A stretch of 18,653 bases of DNA from Promethearchaeota archaeon (GTDB lineage Archaea > Asgardarchaeota > Lokiarchaeia > Sigyniarchaeales > SOKP01): contig JBHLNZ010000048.1 in NCBI GenBank assembly GCA_048941015.1, positions 1-18,653 on the forward strand. The letters run 5' to 3'. Numbering within the stretch: the first letter of the stretch is position 1; every line of letters starts with the position of its first letter. The translations under genes and the position numbers were made by a program. The notes beneath the pieces are model-generated. The model was not told where the DNA came from. It saw only the letters and a program-made list of their open reading frames with translations, and did no database searches. Positions 8,130 to 16,333 of the stretch are shown one piece after another.

Positions 8130-8476
8130 TAGATTAGTCCCTTATTGGTATTAATTTTAATAAAATATCGTGTAGTTTGATTACATTCAAGACAAGTCAT
8201 TGAGATATGAGATCCTTTACCGTTAGAATGTAATCTTGTTCTAGAATTTAAACCGGGATATAAAAAACTCTTGCATTTATGACAGATTCTTCTTTTCCAG
8301 AAACTTGGAATTTTAATTTTTGCTCTTTGTGAGTATTTTCTTGCTAAATAAACATATCTATTAGCTAGTATTTTATTTTCTGGGAAAATTTCATTCGCTC
8401 TATTGAACAAGTAGAGCATTCTTGTTCTTGCTATTCTTTTTATGATGGTTATATTCTTTTTTTTCGATTTCGGCAT
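8129..8476 (-). CDS. rnp4: RNase P protein component 4 (Rpp21)
   Basis: IARTRMLYLF, ANRYV, KRRICHKCKSFLYPG and TCLEC Zn-ribbon; 1-nt TAATG overlap with nep1. Confidence 0.93.
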   Translation of the reverse strand: MPKSKKKNITIIKRIARTRMLYLFNRANEIFPENKILANRYVYLARKYSQRAKIKIPSFWKRRICHKCKSFLYPGLNSRTRLHSNGKGSHISMTCLECNQTTRYFIKINTNKGLI

Positions 8477-8492
8477 TATAGTAGCTAATTTT

Positions 8493-8759
8493 TTAATTTC
8501 TAATTTTAAATGTTGAAATAATTATCATTCTACCTCTTATATCTAGAATATTAGAATTTGTTAAAGTCGAAATATGATCTGCTATTTCTTTTATGTTTGA
8601 TCGATTTGCTACTGATTTTAATGCTTTAATTTTTATGATCTTATCTTTCTTCAATAATTTAGCTACATTATTTACAAATTCTTCTGTAATACCTTTTTTT
8701 CCTAAAATGCAATGCGGTTGCGATAGTAAGGTTTTTTTAAGTTTTTCTTGATAATCCAT
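8493..8759 (-). CDS. YhbY/CRM-domain RNA-binding protein
   Basis: LGKKGIT, IIKIK and DIRGRMIII motifs; usual neighbour of rnp4 and rps19e. Confidence 0.88.
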   Translation of the reverse strand: MDYQEKLKKTLLSQPHCILGKKGITEEFVNNVAKLLKKDKIIKIKALKSVANRSNIKEIADHISTLTNSNILDIRGRMIIISTFKIRN

Positions 8760-8856
8760 TGTCCTATAATATTAGAAATACCAAAAAATTTTTAATTTAT
8801 TCAATCTTTTTAAATGTATTATTATATATTAAAGAACAATTGAAATAAAGATTACT

Positions 8857-9276
8857 ATGTCAATCTATGTCGTTGAACCCGGAAGACTAATTCAATTATT
8901 AGCAGAAAAGTTGAAAGAGTTCCCAGAAATAAAACCACCAGAAGGAAGTCAATTTTGGAAAACTGCTTTTTTTAAGCAACTAGCACCAATCGATTCTGAG
9001 AATTTTTGGTATATTCGATGTGCTTCTATATTAAGAAAAATAAAAAAGTATGGTCCAATCGGAGTAAATAAGTTAAGAAGACTTTACGGAGGAAGAAATA
9101 GAAGAGGTCCCGGCTTAAATCATAGTGCAAAAGGAAGTGGTAAAATAATTAGAGTAGCATTACAGCAATTAGAAAATGCAAATTTAATCGAAAAACAAGA
9201 GAAAAAAGGGAGAATTCTTTCTCCTGAAGGAACAAGTCTTTTAGAACGGATGGCATATAATATAATAAGGAAATAA
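8857..9276 (+). CDS. rps19e: Ribosomal protein eS19
   Basis: WYIRCASILRK, GPIGV...YGG and GSGKIIRVALQQLE motifs. Confidence 0.97.
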   Translation: MSIYVVEPGRLIQLLAEKLKEFPEIKPPEGSQFWKTAFFKQLAPIDSENFWYIRCASILRKIKKYGPIGVNKLRRLYGGRNRRGPGLNHSAKGSGKIIRVALQQLENANLIEKQEKKGRILSPEGTSLLERMAYNIIRK

Positions 9277-9303
9277 AAATTAACTCAATTATAGGTTAGA
9301 AAA

Positions 9304-9645
9304 TTGAGTGATGAAGAAGAATTAAATGATATAAGAAGAAGAAAATTAGAACAATTAAAGAACCAAGCAATTCAACAAAAAATAGCAGAGGAACAACAAA
9401 GACAATACGAAACTCAGAAATATCAAATAATGCGAAAAATTTTGAGTCCTGAAGGAAGACAAAGATTAGAAAACATCCGCATTATAAAGCCTCAATTTGC
9501 TGAACAAATTGAATTGCAATTAATACAATTATATCAATCAGGAAGATTAAAAGGGTCTGCTCCATTACCAGATAAGGCATTTAAAAAATTATTAGAACAA
9601 ATAACAAAAAGTTCAAAGAAAAGAGATTTTAATATAAAAAAATAA
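9304..9645 (+). CDS. PDCD5-like DNA-binding protein
   Basis: ELNDIRRRKLEQL, ILSPEGRQRLENIRIIKP and IELQLIQL motifs; TTG start; conserved position after rps19e. Confidence 0.93.
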   Translation: MSDEEELNDIRRRKLEQLKNQAIQQKIAEEQQRQYETQKYQIMRKILSPEGRQRLENIRIIKPQFAEQIELQLIQLYQSGRLKGSAPLPDKAFKKLLEQITKSSKKRDFNIKK

Positions 9646-9662
9646 AAAAGGAGTAAAGAGAA

Positions 9663-9824
9663 ATGGCACGTAATAAAGATTTACCTTCAAAATTAAGACG
9701 GGCAAAGAAAGCAAAGCAAAGTAAGTCAATACCATCTTGGGTTATAAGAAGAACTGGAAATAAGGTAAGATCAAGTCCTTATTCAAGAAGGAATTGGCGT
9801 AATTCAAGGTTAAAAAGAGATTAA
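9663..9824 (+). CDS. rpl39e: Ribosomal protein eL39
   Basis: Not in the ORF track. Manual translation: MARNKDLPSKLRRAKKAKQSKSIPSWVIRRTGNKVRSSPYSRRNWRNSRLKRD (53 aa), with PxWV and RRxWR motifs and an AGGAG SD. Confidence 0.95.
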   Translation: MARNKDLPSKLRRAKKAKQSKSIPSWVIRRTGNKVRSSPYSRRNWRNSRLKRD

Positions 9825-9856
9825 ATTATATAAATTAATATAAAGGTTGAAGAAAA

Positions 9857-10318
9857 ATGGCAAAAAAGAAAACAAAATCGAAAGAAATTAGTTTAGATGA
9901 TTTAGAAGAAGAAATCGAGGAATTGGAGGAAACAACAGAAGATGAGATTCAAGAGATTGAGGAGTTCAGCTTAGATGAAGTCTCGGAAGAAGAAGAAGTT
10001 AGTGAAATATTCGAAGAGACTCTTGAAGAAATTGAAGAATTAGAAGAAGAAGCTCCAAAAGCAGAAATTATCGATGAGCGGATCTATATTATCCCTTTAG
10101 CAAAAGCGAGGCGTGGACCTCGAAATAAATGGGCTAAAAAGTCAGTAAGATATCTAAGAGAGTTTATGGAACGCCATTTCAAACCAGAATCTTTAGTAAT
10201 TTCACAAGAAGTAAATCAAGCTATATGGGCTCGTGGCATTCAAAAACCTCCCAGAAAGCTCAAAGTTAGAGCAACGAAAAATATCGACGGGCTAGTTGTT
10301 GTATACCTTTCTAATTAG
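9857..10318 (+). CDS. rpl31e: Ribosomal protein eL31 with a long acidic N-terminal extension
   Basis: ERIYIIPL...VNQAIWARGIQKPPRKLKVR core; about 60 Glu-rich residues precede it. Confidence 0.95.
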   Translation: MAKKKTKSKEISLDDLEEEIEELEETTEDEIQEIEEFSLDEVSEEEEVSEIFEETLEEIEELEEEAPKAEIIDERIYIIPLAKARRGPRNKWAKKSVRYLREFMERHFKPESLVISQEVNQAIWARGIQKPPRKLKVRATKNIDGLVVVYLSN

Positions 10319-10351
10319 AGACGCAATTTTTTAAAATCAATATTATATAAT

Positions 10352-10417
10352 ACTTTAAACCAGATAGAATAATGCTCCTTTTTGAAAATTATTAAAAAAA
10401 TATTTATGGTTTAAAGT
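10352..10417. repeat. 11-bp perfect inverted repeat with a 44-nt loop between rpl31e and eIF6
   Basis: ACTTTAAACCA (10352-10362) and TGGTTTAAAGT (10407-10417). Confidence 0.55.
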
Positions 10418-10458
10418 TTTACACTACTAATAGAAATTGGTTCCTATTAACTAAATAA

Positions 10459-11139
10459 ATGTCGATTTTAAAATTCCAAATTTACGGTAAAAGTTCAATC
10501 GGAGTATTTTTAACTGTTAATAATTCTTTTGGTCTTTATCCTCCAACTTTATTAAAAAATTCAATTAAAAAGATAAAGTCTGTATTCAAAGAATCTTTTT
10601 TTCCCCTTTCAATAAATAATTCAAACCTATTGGGTGTCTATACTGTTAGTAATAAATATGGTATAATAATACCTCATCTTATTAGGGATGATGAATTAAG
10701 TCTTTTAGATACTTATGTAAAAAAGATTAACGAAGAATACCATATTGGAATATTAAAGTCAATTGATAATGCATTTGGAAACTTAATTTTATGTAATGAC
10801 AAAGGAGCTATAATAAGTTCATTTCTGAAGGATTATAAAGAAGAAATTGAAAATATATTAAATGTTGAAACTGTTGTATATGAATTTGCTGATAATTATC
10901 TTCCAGGTTCAATAGGTATTACTAATAATAGGGGTTGTCTAGTGCATCCTCTAACAAATGATGAAGAGATTGATTATATTTCATCAATATTGAAAGTACA
11001 CGAGATTGATGTATCAACCGTAAATCGTGGAATTCCTTATTTAGCTTCTGGTGCAGTTGTGAACGATAGTAGTGGAATATTTGGTCAAAGTTGTACAGGT
11101 CCAGAAATGATGCGTTTAACTAATATTTTAGGTTTATAA
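10459..11139 (+). CDS. eif6: Translation initiation factor 6 (aIF6)
   Basis: IGVF, AFGNLILCNDKGA, GCLVHP, TVNRG and TGPE motifs. Confidence 0.96.
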   Translation: MSILKFQIYGKSSIGVFLTVNNSFGLYPPTLLKNSIKKIKSVFKESFFPLSINNSNLLGVYTVSNKYGIIIPHLIRDDELSLLDTYVKKINEEYHIGILKSIDNAFGNLILCNDKGAIISSFLKDYKEEIENILNVETVVYEFADNYLPGSIGITNNRGCLVHPLTNDEEIDYISSILKVHEIDVSTVNRGIPYLASGAVVNDSSGIFGQSCTGPEMMRLTNILGL

Positions 11140-11245
11140 AACTTCTCTTTTCTTAATTTTAAAAAAGGAATAGATTTAAAAAAGCAAAATTTAATATTTT
11201 TGAATTAATTAATAATTTTAATTTCGTTGATACAATTGAATTAGT

Positions 11246-11482
11246 ATGTCAGAAATTAAAATTTATCAAATCATTGGTACTTATACTAAAAATCATAGAA
11301 ATTATTTATTTCGCAAAGAAGTTCGCGCACTCAAGGAAGAAGATGCTTTAGAAAAAGCATTAAGTCAAATTACGTCAATAGGAATTTACAGAAGACAAAT
11401 TAAAATTGAAGAAGTTAAAGAAATTAGCATTGAAGAAAGTCAAGATTATTTAATTCGAGATGTTTCTCGTTTAAATGAATAG
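11246..11482 (+). CDS. rpl18a: Ribosomal protein eL20 (L18a/LX)
   Basis: FRKEVRALKEEDALEK...RRQIKIEEV; conserved position between aIF6 and pfdA. Confidence 0.9.
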   Translation: MSEIKIYQIIGTYTKNHRNYLFRKEVRALKEEDALEKALSQITSIGIYRRQIKIEEVKEISIEESQDYLIRDVSRLNE

Positions 11483-11505
11483 TCATCATTATAAGGTTAA
11501 CTTTT

Positions 11506-11922
11506 ATGGAAGATAGAGAAAATATAGAAAAACAACTATATCAGTTTCGATATCTTAAAGAACAGAGAGATATGTATCAAGGTCAATTTGAGATAGTTAA
11601 TGCTTCTTTTTTAAATTTAGTAAATACAAAAAATACTTTAGAAAATTTAAAAAGTGGAATCGAAAAAGATACAGAGATATTGGTTCCGATTGGCGGTTTA
11701 GTTAGCATTAAAGCAGCAATCAAAGATACTGAAAAGGTTTTATTATATATAAGCCAAGATACTGTAATAGAAAAAACAATTCCAGATTCTATTGAATTTA
11801 TTAATAAATTAATAGATCAGCATAATGAACAATTAAAATTCCTTACAGAACGTTTACAAACTTTAGATTTAACTTTGCAAAGTATGAGTCAATCGCTTCA
11901 GAGAGGCGCGGGTCAAACATAA
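11506..11922 (+). CDS. pfdA: Prefoldin alpha subunit
   Basis: Coiled coils flanking the EILVPIGG...VIEK beta-hairpins; synteny. Confidence 0.93.
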   Translation: MEDRENIEKQLYQFRYLKEQRDMYQGQFEIVNASFLNLVNTKNTLENLKSGIEKDTEILVPIGGLVSIKAAIKDTEKVLLYISQDTVIEKTIPDSIEFINKLIDQHNEQLKFLTERLQTLDLTLQSMSQSLQRGAGQT

Positions 11923-11964
11923 GTTTTTGAATTCCTTGTTTTAAAAGAATATAAAATTCGATAT

Positions 11965-12879
11965 GTGAAAAATTTAATGCTAGATAGATTAAAGAATGTT
12001 TTCACAGCTTTTGTCAAGCAAACATTAACGGAAGATAGATTAAGTGATTCTTTGAATTCTTTAAATTTACTATTAATAAGTAATGATGTCGCAACTGAGA
12101 CTGCTGATGTTATTTGCGATAAAATAAAAGACTCACTTAAAGGAGAACAGATAGGACGATTTTCTTCAAAAAAGAAGATGTTATTTGAAATTTTAAAAGA
12201 AGTTATAACAGATATATTAACACCTAATAAAGAAATTGATTTATTAGATGAAATTAGGGAAAAAAAAACTTCAGGGTTACCTTATGTTATTGTTTTTTTG
12301 GGAGTAAATGGAACGGGAAAAACAACTACAATTGCTAAGGTAGCACATTTTTTAAAAGAAAATGAAATTTCTTCAGTTGCTGCTGCTTCAGATACTTTTA
12401 GGGCGGGAGCTATCGAACAATTAACAAAGCACATGAATAATGTTGGAATAAGAGTTATTAAGCATGAATATAAATCCGATCCTGCATCTGTGGGATATGA
12501 TGCTATTGAACATGCAAAAGCGAAAGGAATAAACACTGTATTGATAGATACAGCAGGAAGACAAGTTACTGATAAAAATTTAATGAAGGAAATGCAAAAG
12601 ATAGTTAGAATTGCTCAACCAGATTTAATAATTTTTGTAGGAGATTCATTAGCTGGGAATGATGCATTAAATCAAGCGAAAGAATTTAAAAAACATGTTG
12701 GAATCGATGCTAATATCTTAACGAAAATCGACGCAGATGCAAAAGGAGGATCTGCTCTTTCAATATCATATGAAACGAAAAAACCTATCCTATTTATTGG
12801 AGTAGGGCAAGGTTATGATGATTTGAAACAATTTAATAGAGATTTCTTTATTTCTAATATCTTAGATATAAATGAATAA
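11965..12879 (+). CDS. ftsY: SRP receptor GTPase FtsY (NG domain only); alternative ATG start at 11977
   Basis: GVNGTGKTTTIAK, DTFRAGA, DTAGR, TKIDADAKGG and GVGQGYDDL motifs. Confidence 0.97.
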   Translation: MKNLMLDRLKNVFTAFVKQTLTEDRLSDSLNSLNLLLISNDVATETADVICDKIKDSLKGEQIGRFSSKKKMLFEILKEVITDILTPNKEIDLLDEIREKKTSGLPYVIVFLGVNGTGKTTTIAKVAHFLKENEISSVAAASDTFRAGAIEQLTKHMNNVGIRVIKHEYKSDPASVGYDAIEHAKAKGINTVLIDTAGRQVTDKNLMKEMQKIVRIAQPDLIIFVGDSLAGNDALNQAKEFKKHVGIDANILTKIDADAKGGSALSISYETKKPILFIGVGQGYDDLKQFNRDFFISNILDINE

Positions 12880-12938
12880 GATGGATTTCCATCCTATCCA
12901 ACAGATAACTTTTTTAAATATATATTTTTAAATTAATT

Positions 12939-13190
12939 GTGTCAAATAATTATCCTAAATATGATAAATATTCAAAATTTGAACAGAAAAAAAAACCAAG
13001 CCTATATGAAAGGATTGGGAATTTCTTCCAGAATACAAAAAGAATAATAAAAGTAGCAAATAAACCAGGAAGAAAAGATTATTTTTTAGTGTTTAAAATA
13101 TGTGCAATAGGGATTGTACTTCTAGGAGTTGTTTCCTATGTTATCCAACTAATTTTTACGATTGTTTTTGAAGCCCTAAATATTGGATAG
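12939..13190 (+). CDS. secE: Protein translocase subunit SecE/Sec61-gamma
   Basis: RIIKVANKP...KICAIGIVLLGVVSYVI; single C-terminal TM helix; follows ftsY. Confidence 0.92.
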   Translation: MSNNYPKYDKYSKFEQKKKPSLYERIGNFFQNTKRIIKVANKPGRKDYFLVFKICAIGIVLLGVVSYVIQLIFTIVFEALNIG

Positions 13191-13241
13191 TTCACTATTA
13201 TTCTTTATAATCTTTCTATACTTTATATATTTGATATATAA

Positions 13242-13664
13242 ATGAAAGTAACATTAAATTATAGAGAAAATCTTCATTTTAAAGCTTCAGCAAGAAAATT
13301 CAAAAATATTGATGTGGATGAACCTAAATCATTTCATGGTAATGATTTAGGAGCCAGTCCCATTGAGTATTTTTTAATAGGGATTGGTGCTTGTATAGGA
13401 AATACATTTATTTATTGCCTTAAGAAGAAAAATATAGATCTAAAAGACTTAGAAATAATTGTAGATGGGCAATTGAAACATATGCAACCCCATATGAATC
13501 TAAGATTAACTAATATTAATATTGAATTTAAATTCAAAGAAGATTTAGATATTTCTGATGAGATTTTTAGATATTGTAGATCAAATCTTGAAAAATTTTG
13601 TCCAATATTTCAACCCATTTTAAAAGGAATTCCAATTGAAGTTAAATTTGTAAATTTTAAATAA
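13242..13664 (+). CDS. OsmC/Ohr-like family protein
   Basis: DEPKSFHGNDLGASPIEY...GAC and C-terminal FCPI (the two conserved Cys). Confidence 0.88.
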   Translation: MKVTLNYRENLHFKASARKFKNIDVDEPKSFHGNDLGASPIEYFLIGIGACIGNTFIYCLKKKNIDLKDLEIIVDGQLKHMQPHMNLRLTNINIEFKFKEDLDISDEIFRYCRSNLEKFCPIFQPILKGIPIEVKFVNFK

Positions 13665-13702
13665 TCTTTGAATTAATATAAAATTAAAAAAAGAGATTAG
13701 TT

Positions 13703-14928
13703 TTAGAAATAAAAAAGATTTAGCTGCATTGGAATCGATAAGTCTTCTTCTTTATTTTTACAAGCAACAAATTTTATTTTCATTTTTAGGAGAAGCGTAA
13801 GAAGTCTTTTTGTTAAAATTCCATCAATTATTAAAAATTGAGTTTCTTTATGTTCTCGAATTTTGTCATAAAGTTCACCAACTTGAAATTCAAATAGTTG
13901 TTTAAGATTCTTATCAAATCCAATACTATACCCAGGTTCGATATTTTTAATTGCATCGATAATAATCGTTTGATTTTTTAACTTTAATTTTTTAAAAATC
14001 CTCTGGAGATTTGGATCTAAAGATTGTTTACTTTCTTTTGCAAAAGTTTCGATATCTAATTCCTTCATTAAATGTGCTGGTTTCTTATTCTGGAGTGATT
14101 TGATTAATTGTTTTCTTGTTAGTTCCTCAACTTCATACCCTTCAGGAGCACGTGCTACATAATCTAATTTTAATAACTGAATTAATTCATTTAAAATTAT
14201 TGTTCCTCCTCTGTCTCCGTCTAAGAAAGCAGTAACACTATTTTTAGTTTTACTTAAATCAATTATTGATTTGGGTACTTGAGTTCCCTGTACTGCGATT
14301 GCATTTTTTACACCTATTCTAAGAAGATTTAAAACATCCGCTCTTCCTTCAACGATAATTAAATCAGGATCAGATTCAACTTCTGGTCCTGCTGGAAGTT
14401 CTTCTGGCCCCCACGATGTAATTTCACTAAGTTTAATATCAGTTTCAATTTGTTCTTCTATTTCACTTGGTTCTAAAGACTTTTGGTCCCATTCCTTTAA
14501 TAATTCAGTTGCTCTTTCAATTATTTTTTGTCTTTTTGTTTCTCGAACATCACGAATTTCAATTAATTTGACTTCTGCTTCACATGGACCTACTCGAGAA
14601 ACTGTTTCTACAGTTGCCGCCAATAATGCAGTTTCTTTACGGGTAAGGCTAGAGGGTATTTTAATTATACCTTCAGAAATTCCTTCTTTTGACTCATTTT
14701 CAACCTCTATTCGCCCTATCCGCCCTGATTTTTGAAGATCTCGTAGATCGAGATCTAATAAGAGACCTTCAGTTTAGCCGATTAAGCCGATATGGCCTTT
14801 TCATATTATCTTTGGCCGAATATGGCGCCAACTATATCCGATTTTTCAACAACACCTTTTATTTTAAATTTTGTTTCAATAATATATTTAGTTGTAAAAT
14901 CAGTTTGATTATTTGTAATCTTGATCAC
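13703..14928 (-). CDS. dnaG: Archaeal DnaG (exosome-associated TOPRIM protein), split gene: exon 1 14928-14812, exon 2 14773-13703; about 395 aa after joining
   Basis: Exon 1 (GTG 14928) reads MIKITNNQTDFTTKYIIETKFKIKGVVEKSDIVGAIFGQ. Exon 2 reads TEGLLLDLDLRDLQKSGRIGRIEV... and continues in frame into the tracked ORF 13703-14623 with IVEGRADV and DGDRGG TOPRIM motifs. The two parts are in different frames, separated by 38 nt. Confidence 0.93.
14774..14811 (-). other. Candidate 38-nt BHB/BHL-type pre-mRNA intron in dnaG
   Basis: Insert AGATAATATGAAAAGGCCATATCGGCTTAATCGGCTAA. Central helix GGCC/GGCU with AAA after each strand and inner helix GAU/AUC. AA|A cuts join CAA to ACT in frame. Confidence 0.8.
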
Positions 14929-15206
14929 TTCCTTATTACTTTTTTGAGTTATAAACTATATAATTTTTTTATTAATGTAAAATTTGAATTATCTTAACTT
15001 TAATTCATTTTTCAGCTTAATTTTAATATTTCTTATAATTAAAAATTCAAGAAAATTGAAGATCATTAAGAATCGATGATCAAGTAAAGAATATGTATCT
15101 TTGAATTTATTTTTTGTCAATTTAATTAATTTATTGCGATACTAGTAATATTTATATTATCTCCATGAGATGTAATTTTTTTTACGAATAAACTATTTAA
15201 TTTTCA

Positions 15207-15386
15207 ATGAGTTTATATTGGAATAATGTTTTATTGAAAAGATTTTCAAATATCTCTAAAAATAGATTCAAATATAAGATTAATACAAATCTTGGACGAA
15301 TTTATTTTTATTTGGAAAAAGAGAAGGATAGTGAAGAAGTCAAATTTTCAGGAAAAATTGTCTTTTTTCCTAAAAGAAAGATTTAA
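15207..15386 (+). CDS. Possible small hypothetical protein (59 aa)
   Basis: Manual translation MSLYWNNVLLKRFSNISKNRFKYKINTNLGRIYFYLEKEKDSEEVKFSGKIVFFPKRKI; long for such AT-rich DNA, but no homology recognised. Confidence 0.35.
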   Translation: MSLYWNNVLLKRFSNISKNRFKYKINTNLGRIYFYLEKEKDSEEVKFSGKIVFFPKRKI

Positions 15387-15482
15387 TCTTATTATTTTAA
15401 ATTTTTAGAAAGAAATGTTCGTATTTTATAAACTAGATTTTAGAAAATATAATAATTTCATAATTTTAATAAAATGATTTAA

Positions 15483-16310
15483 ATGATAGAAAAAAAGAGA
15501 AAATACAAAAATCTTATTCTAGCGATTACAATTGCATTATTAATTGTATTTTTTTTCGTGTATTATCTTTATTGGTCCACTATAAGTAATGCATTAATTA
15601 CTATCGAAGGTGCTGAGTTAGCTACACTATCTGCTGCCACAAGAATTGTGATTTTAAGCATCATGAGCTACATTCTCTTTAGGAAATGGTTTAAGCAAGA
15701 AGTTATTTATACTTCCGATGCGTATTTCTTATTTGCCTTATTTTTTATGATACTTACTGTCGGAAAACTTTACGATTTACTCTATAACTTGATTCTTATA
15801 AGTGATACCTATGGAGATTTATTTATCCTTATGCTTTCTAAAATAAGATATTATATCATTATCATCAATATCCTTCCAATTCTCTATATCGGGCTTGAAG
15901 CCACTATGACATTTGTCAGTGTATATGTTAAAGATTTAAGTAAAAAGCAGTTCAGTAAAATACGTTTATGGATTATCTTCGTTGTTCTCCTAGGTCTGAC
16001 TATTGTCATTACGTTAGCTACGAACATTACATTTCTAATCAACGTTCTTCCTTTTTTCACCCTTGCAATATTTGTTATGATTGCGATTATGTTTTTGTTT
16101 ATGTACAAAAATAAGCGTCTTTCACAAGCAAATGGCTTAATTATCGGAATTGCCTTTCTTTATTTCATCATTACCAACCTCTTACGATCTCTAATCTCAG
16201 TCATCGCGTTAACTCACCCCTCCTTTATCGTTGTTGCTGATCTGCTCGATATCAGTGCTAATGTTTTGATGTTCATCGGCTTTATATCAAAACCGAGCTA
16301 TGCAAAATAA
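15483..16310 (+). CDS. Hypothetical polytopic membrane protein (about 8 TM)
   Basis: 275-aa ORF with repeated hydrophobic segments. Confidence 0.8.
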   Translation: MIEKKRKYKNLILAITIALLIVFFFVYYLYWSTISNALITIEGAELATLSAATRIVILSIMSYILFRKWFKQEVIYTSDAYFLFALFFMILTVGKLYDLLYNLILISDTYGDLFILMLSKIRYYIIIINILPILYIGLEATMTFVSVYVKDLSKKQFSKIRLWIIFVVLLGLTIVITLATNITFLINVLPFFTLAIFVMIAIMFLFMYKNKRLSQANGLIIGIAFLYFIITNLLRSLISVIALTHPSFIVVADLLDISANVLMFIGFISKPSYAK

Positions 16311-16333
16311 AGGATATATAAAAGAGAGCAAGA

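Noticed and set aside
12282-12536. 84-aa minus-strand ORF
   Set aside because: Antisense to ftsY.
12880-12893. GATGGA-TT-TCCATC palindrome between ftsY and secE
   Set aside because: Single short copy with no supporting context.
13703-14623. dnaG as a 306-aa protein from TTG 14623, or as a pseudogene
   Set aside because: Conserved N-terminal DnaG sequence continues upstream without decay. The only lesion is a precisely excisable structured insert.
14689-14997. Tracked 102-aa plus-strand ORF
   Set aside because: Antisense shadow of dnaG exon 1, the intron and the start of exon 2; no recognisable protein features.
14989-15120. 43-codon minus-strand TTG ORF containing a GATCAT/ATGATC inverted repeat
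   Set aside because: Short, with no SD or homology signal; the 6-bp repeat is expected by chance.
15884-16108. 74-aa minus-strand ORF
   Set aside because: Antisense to a membrane-protein gene.
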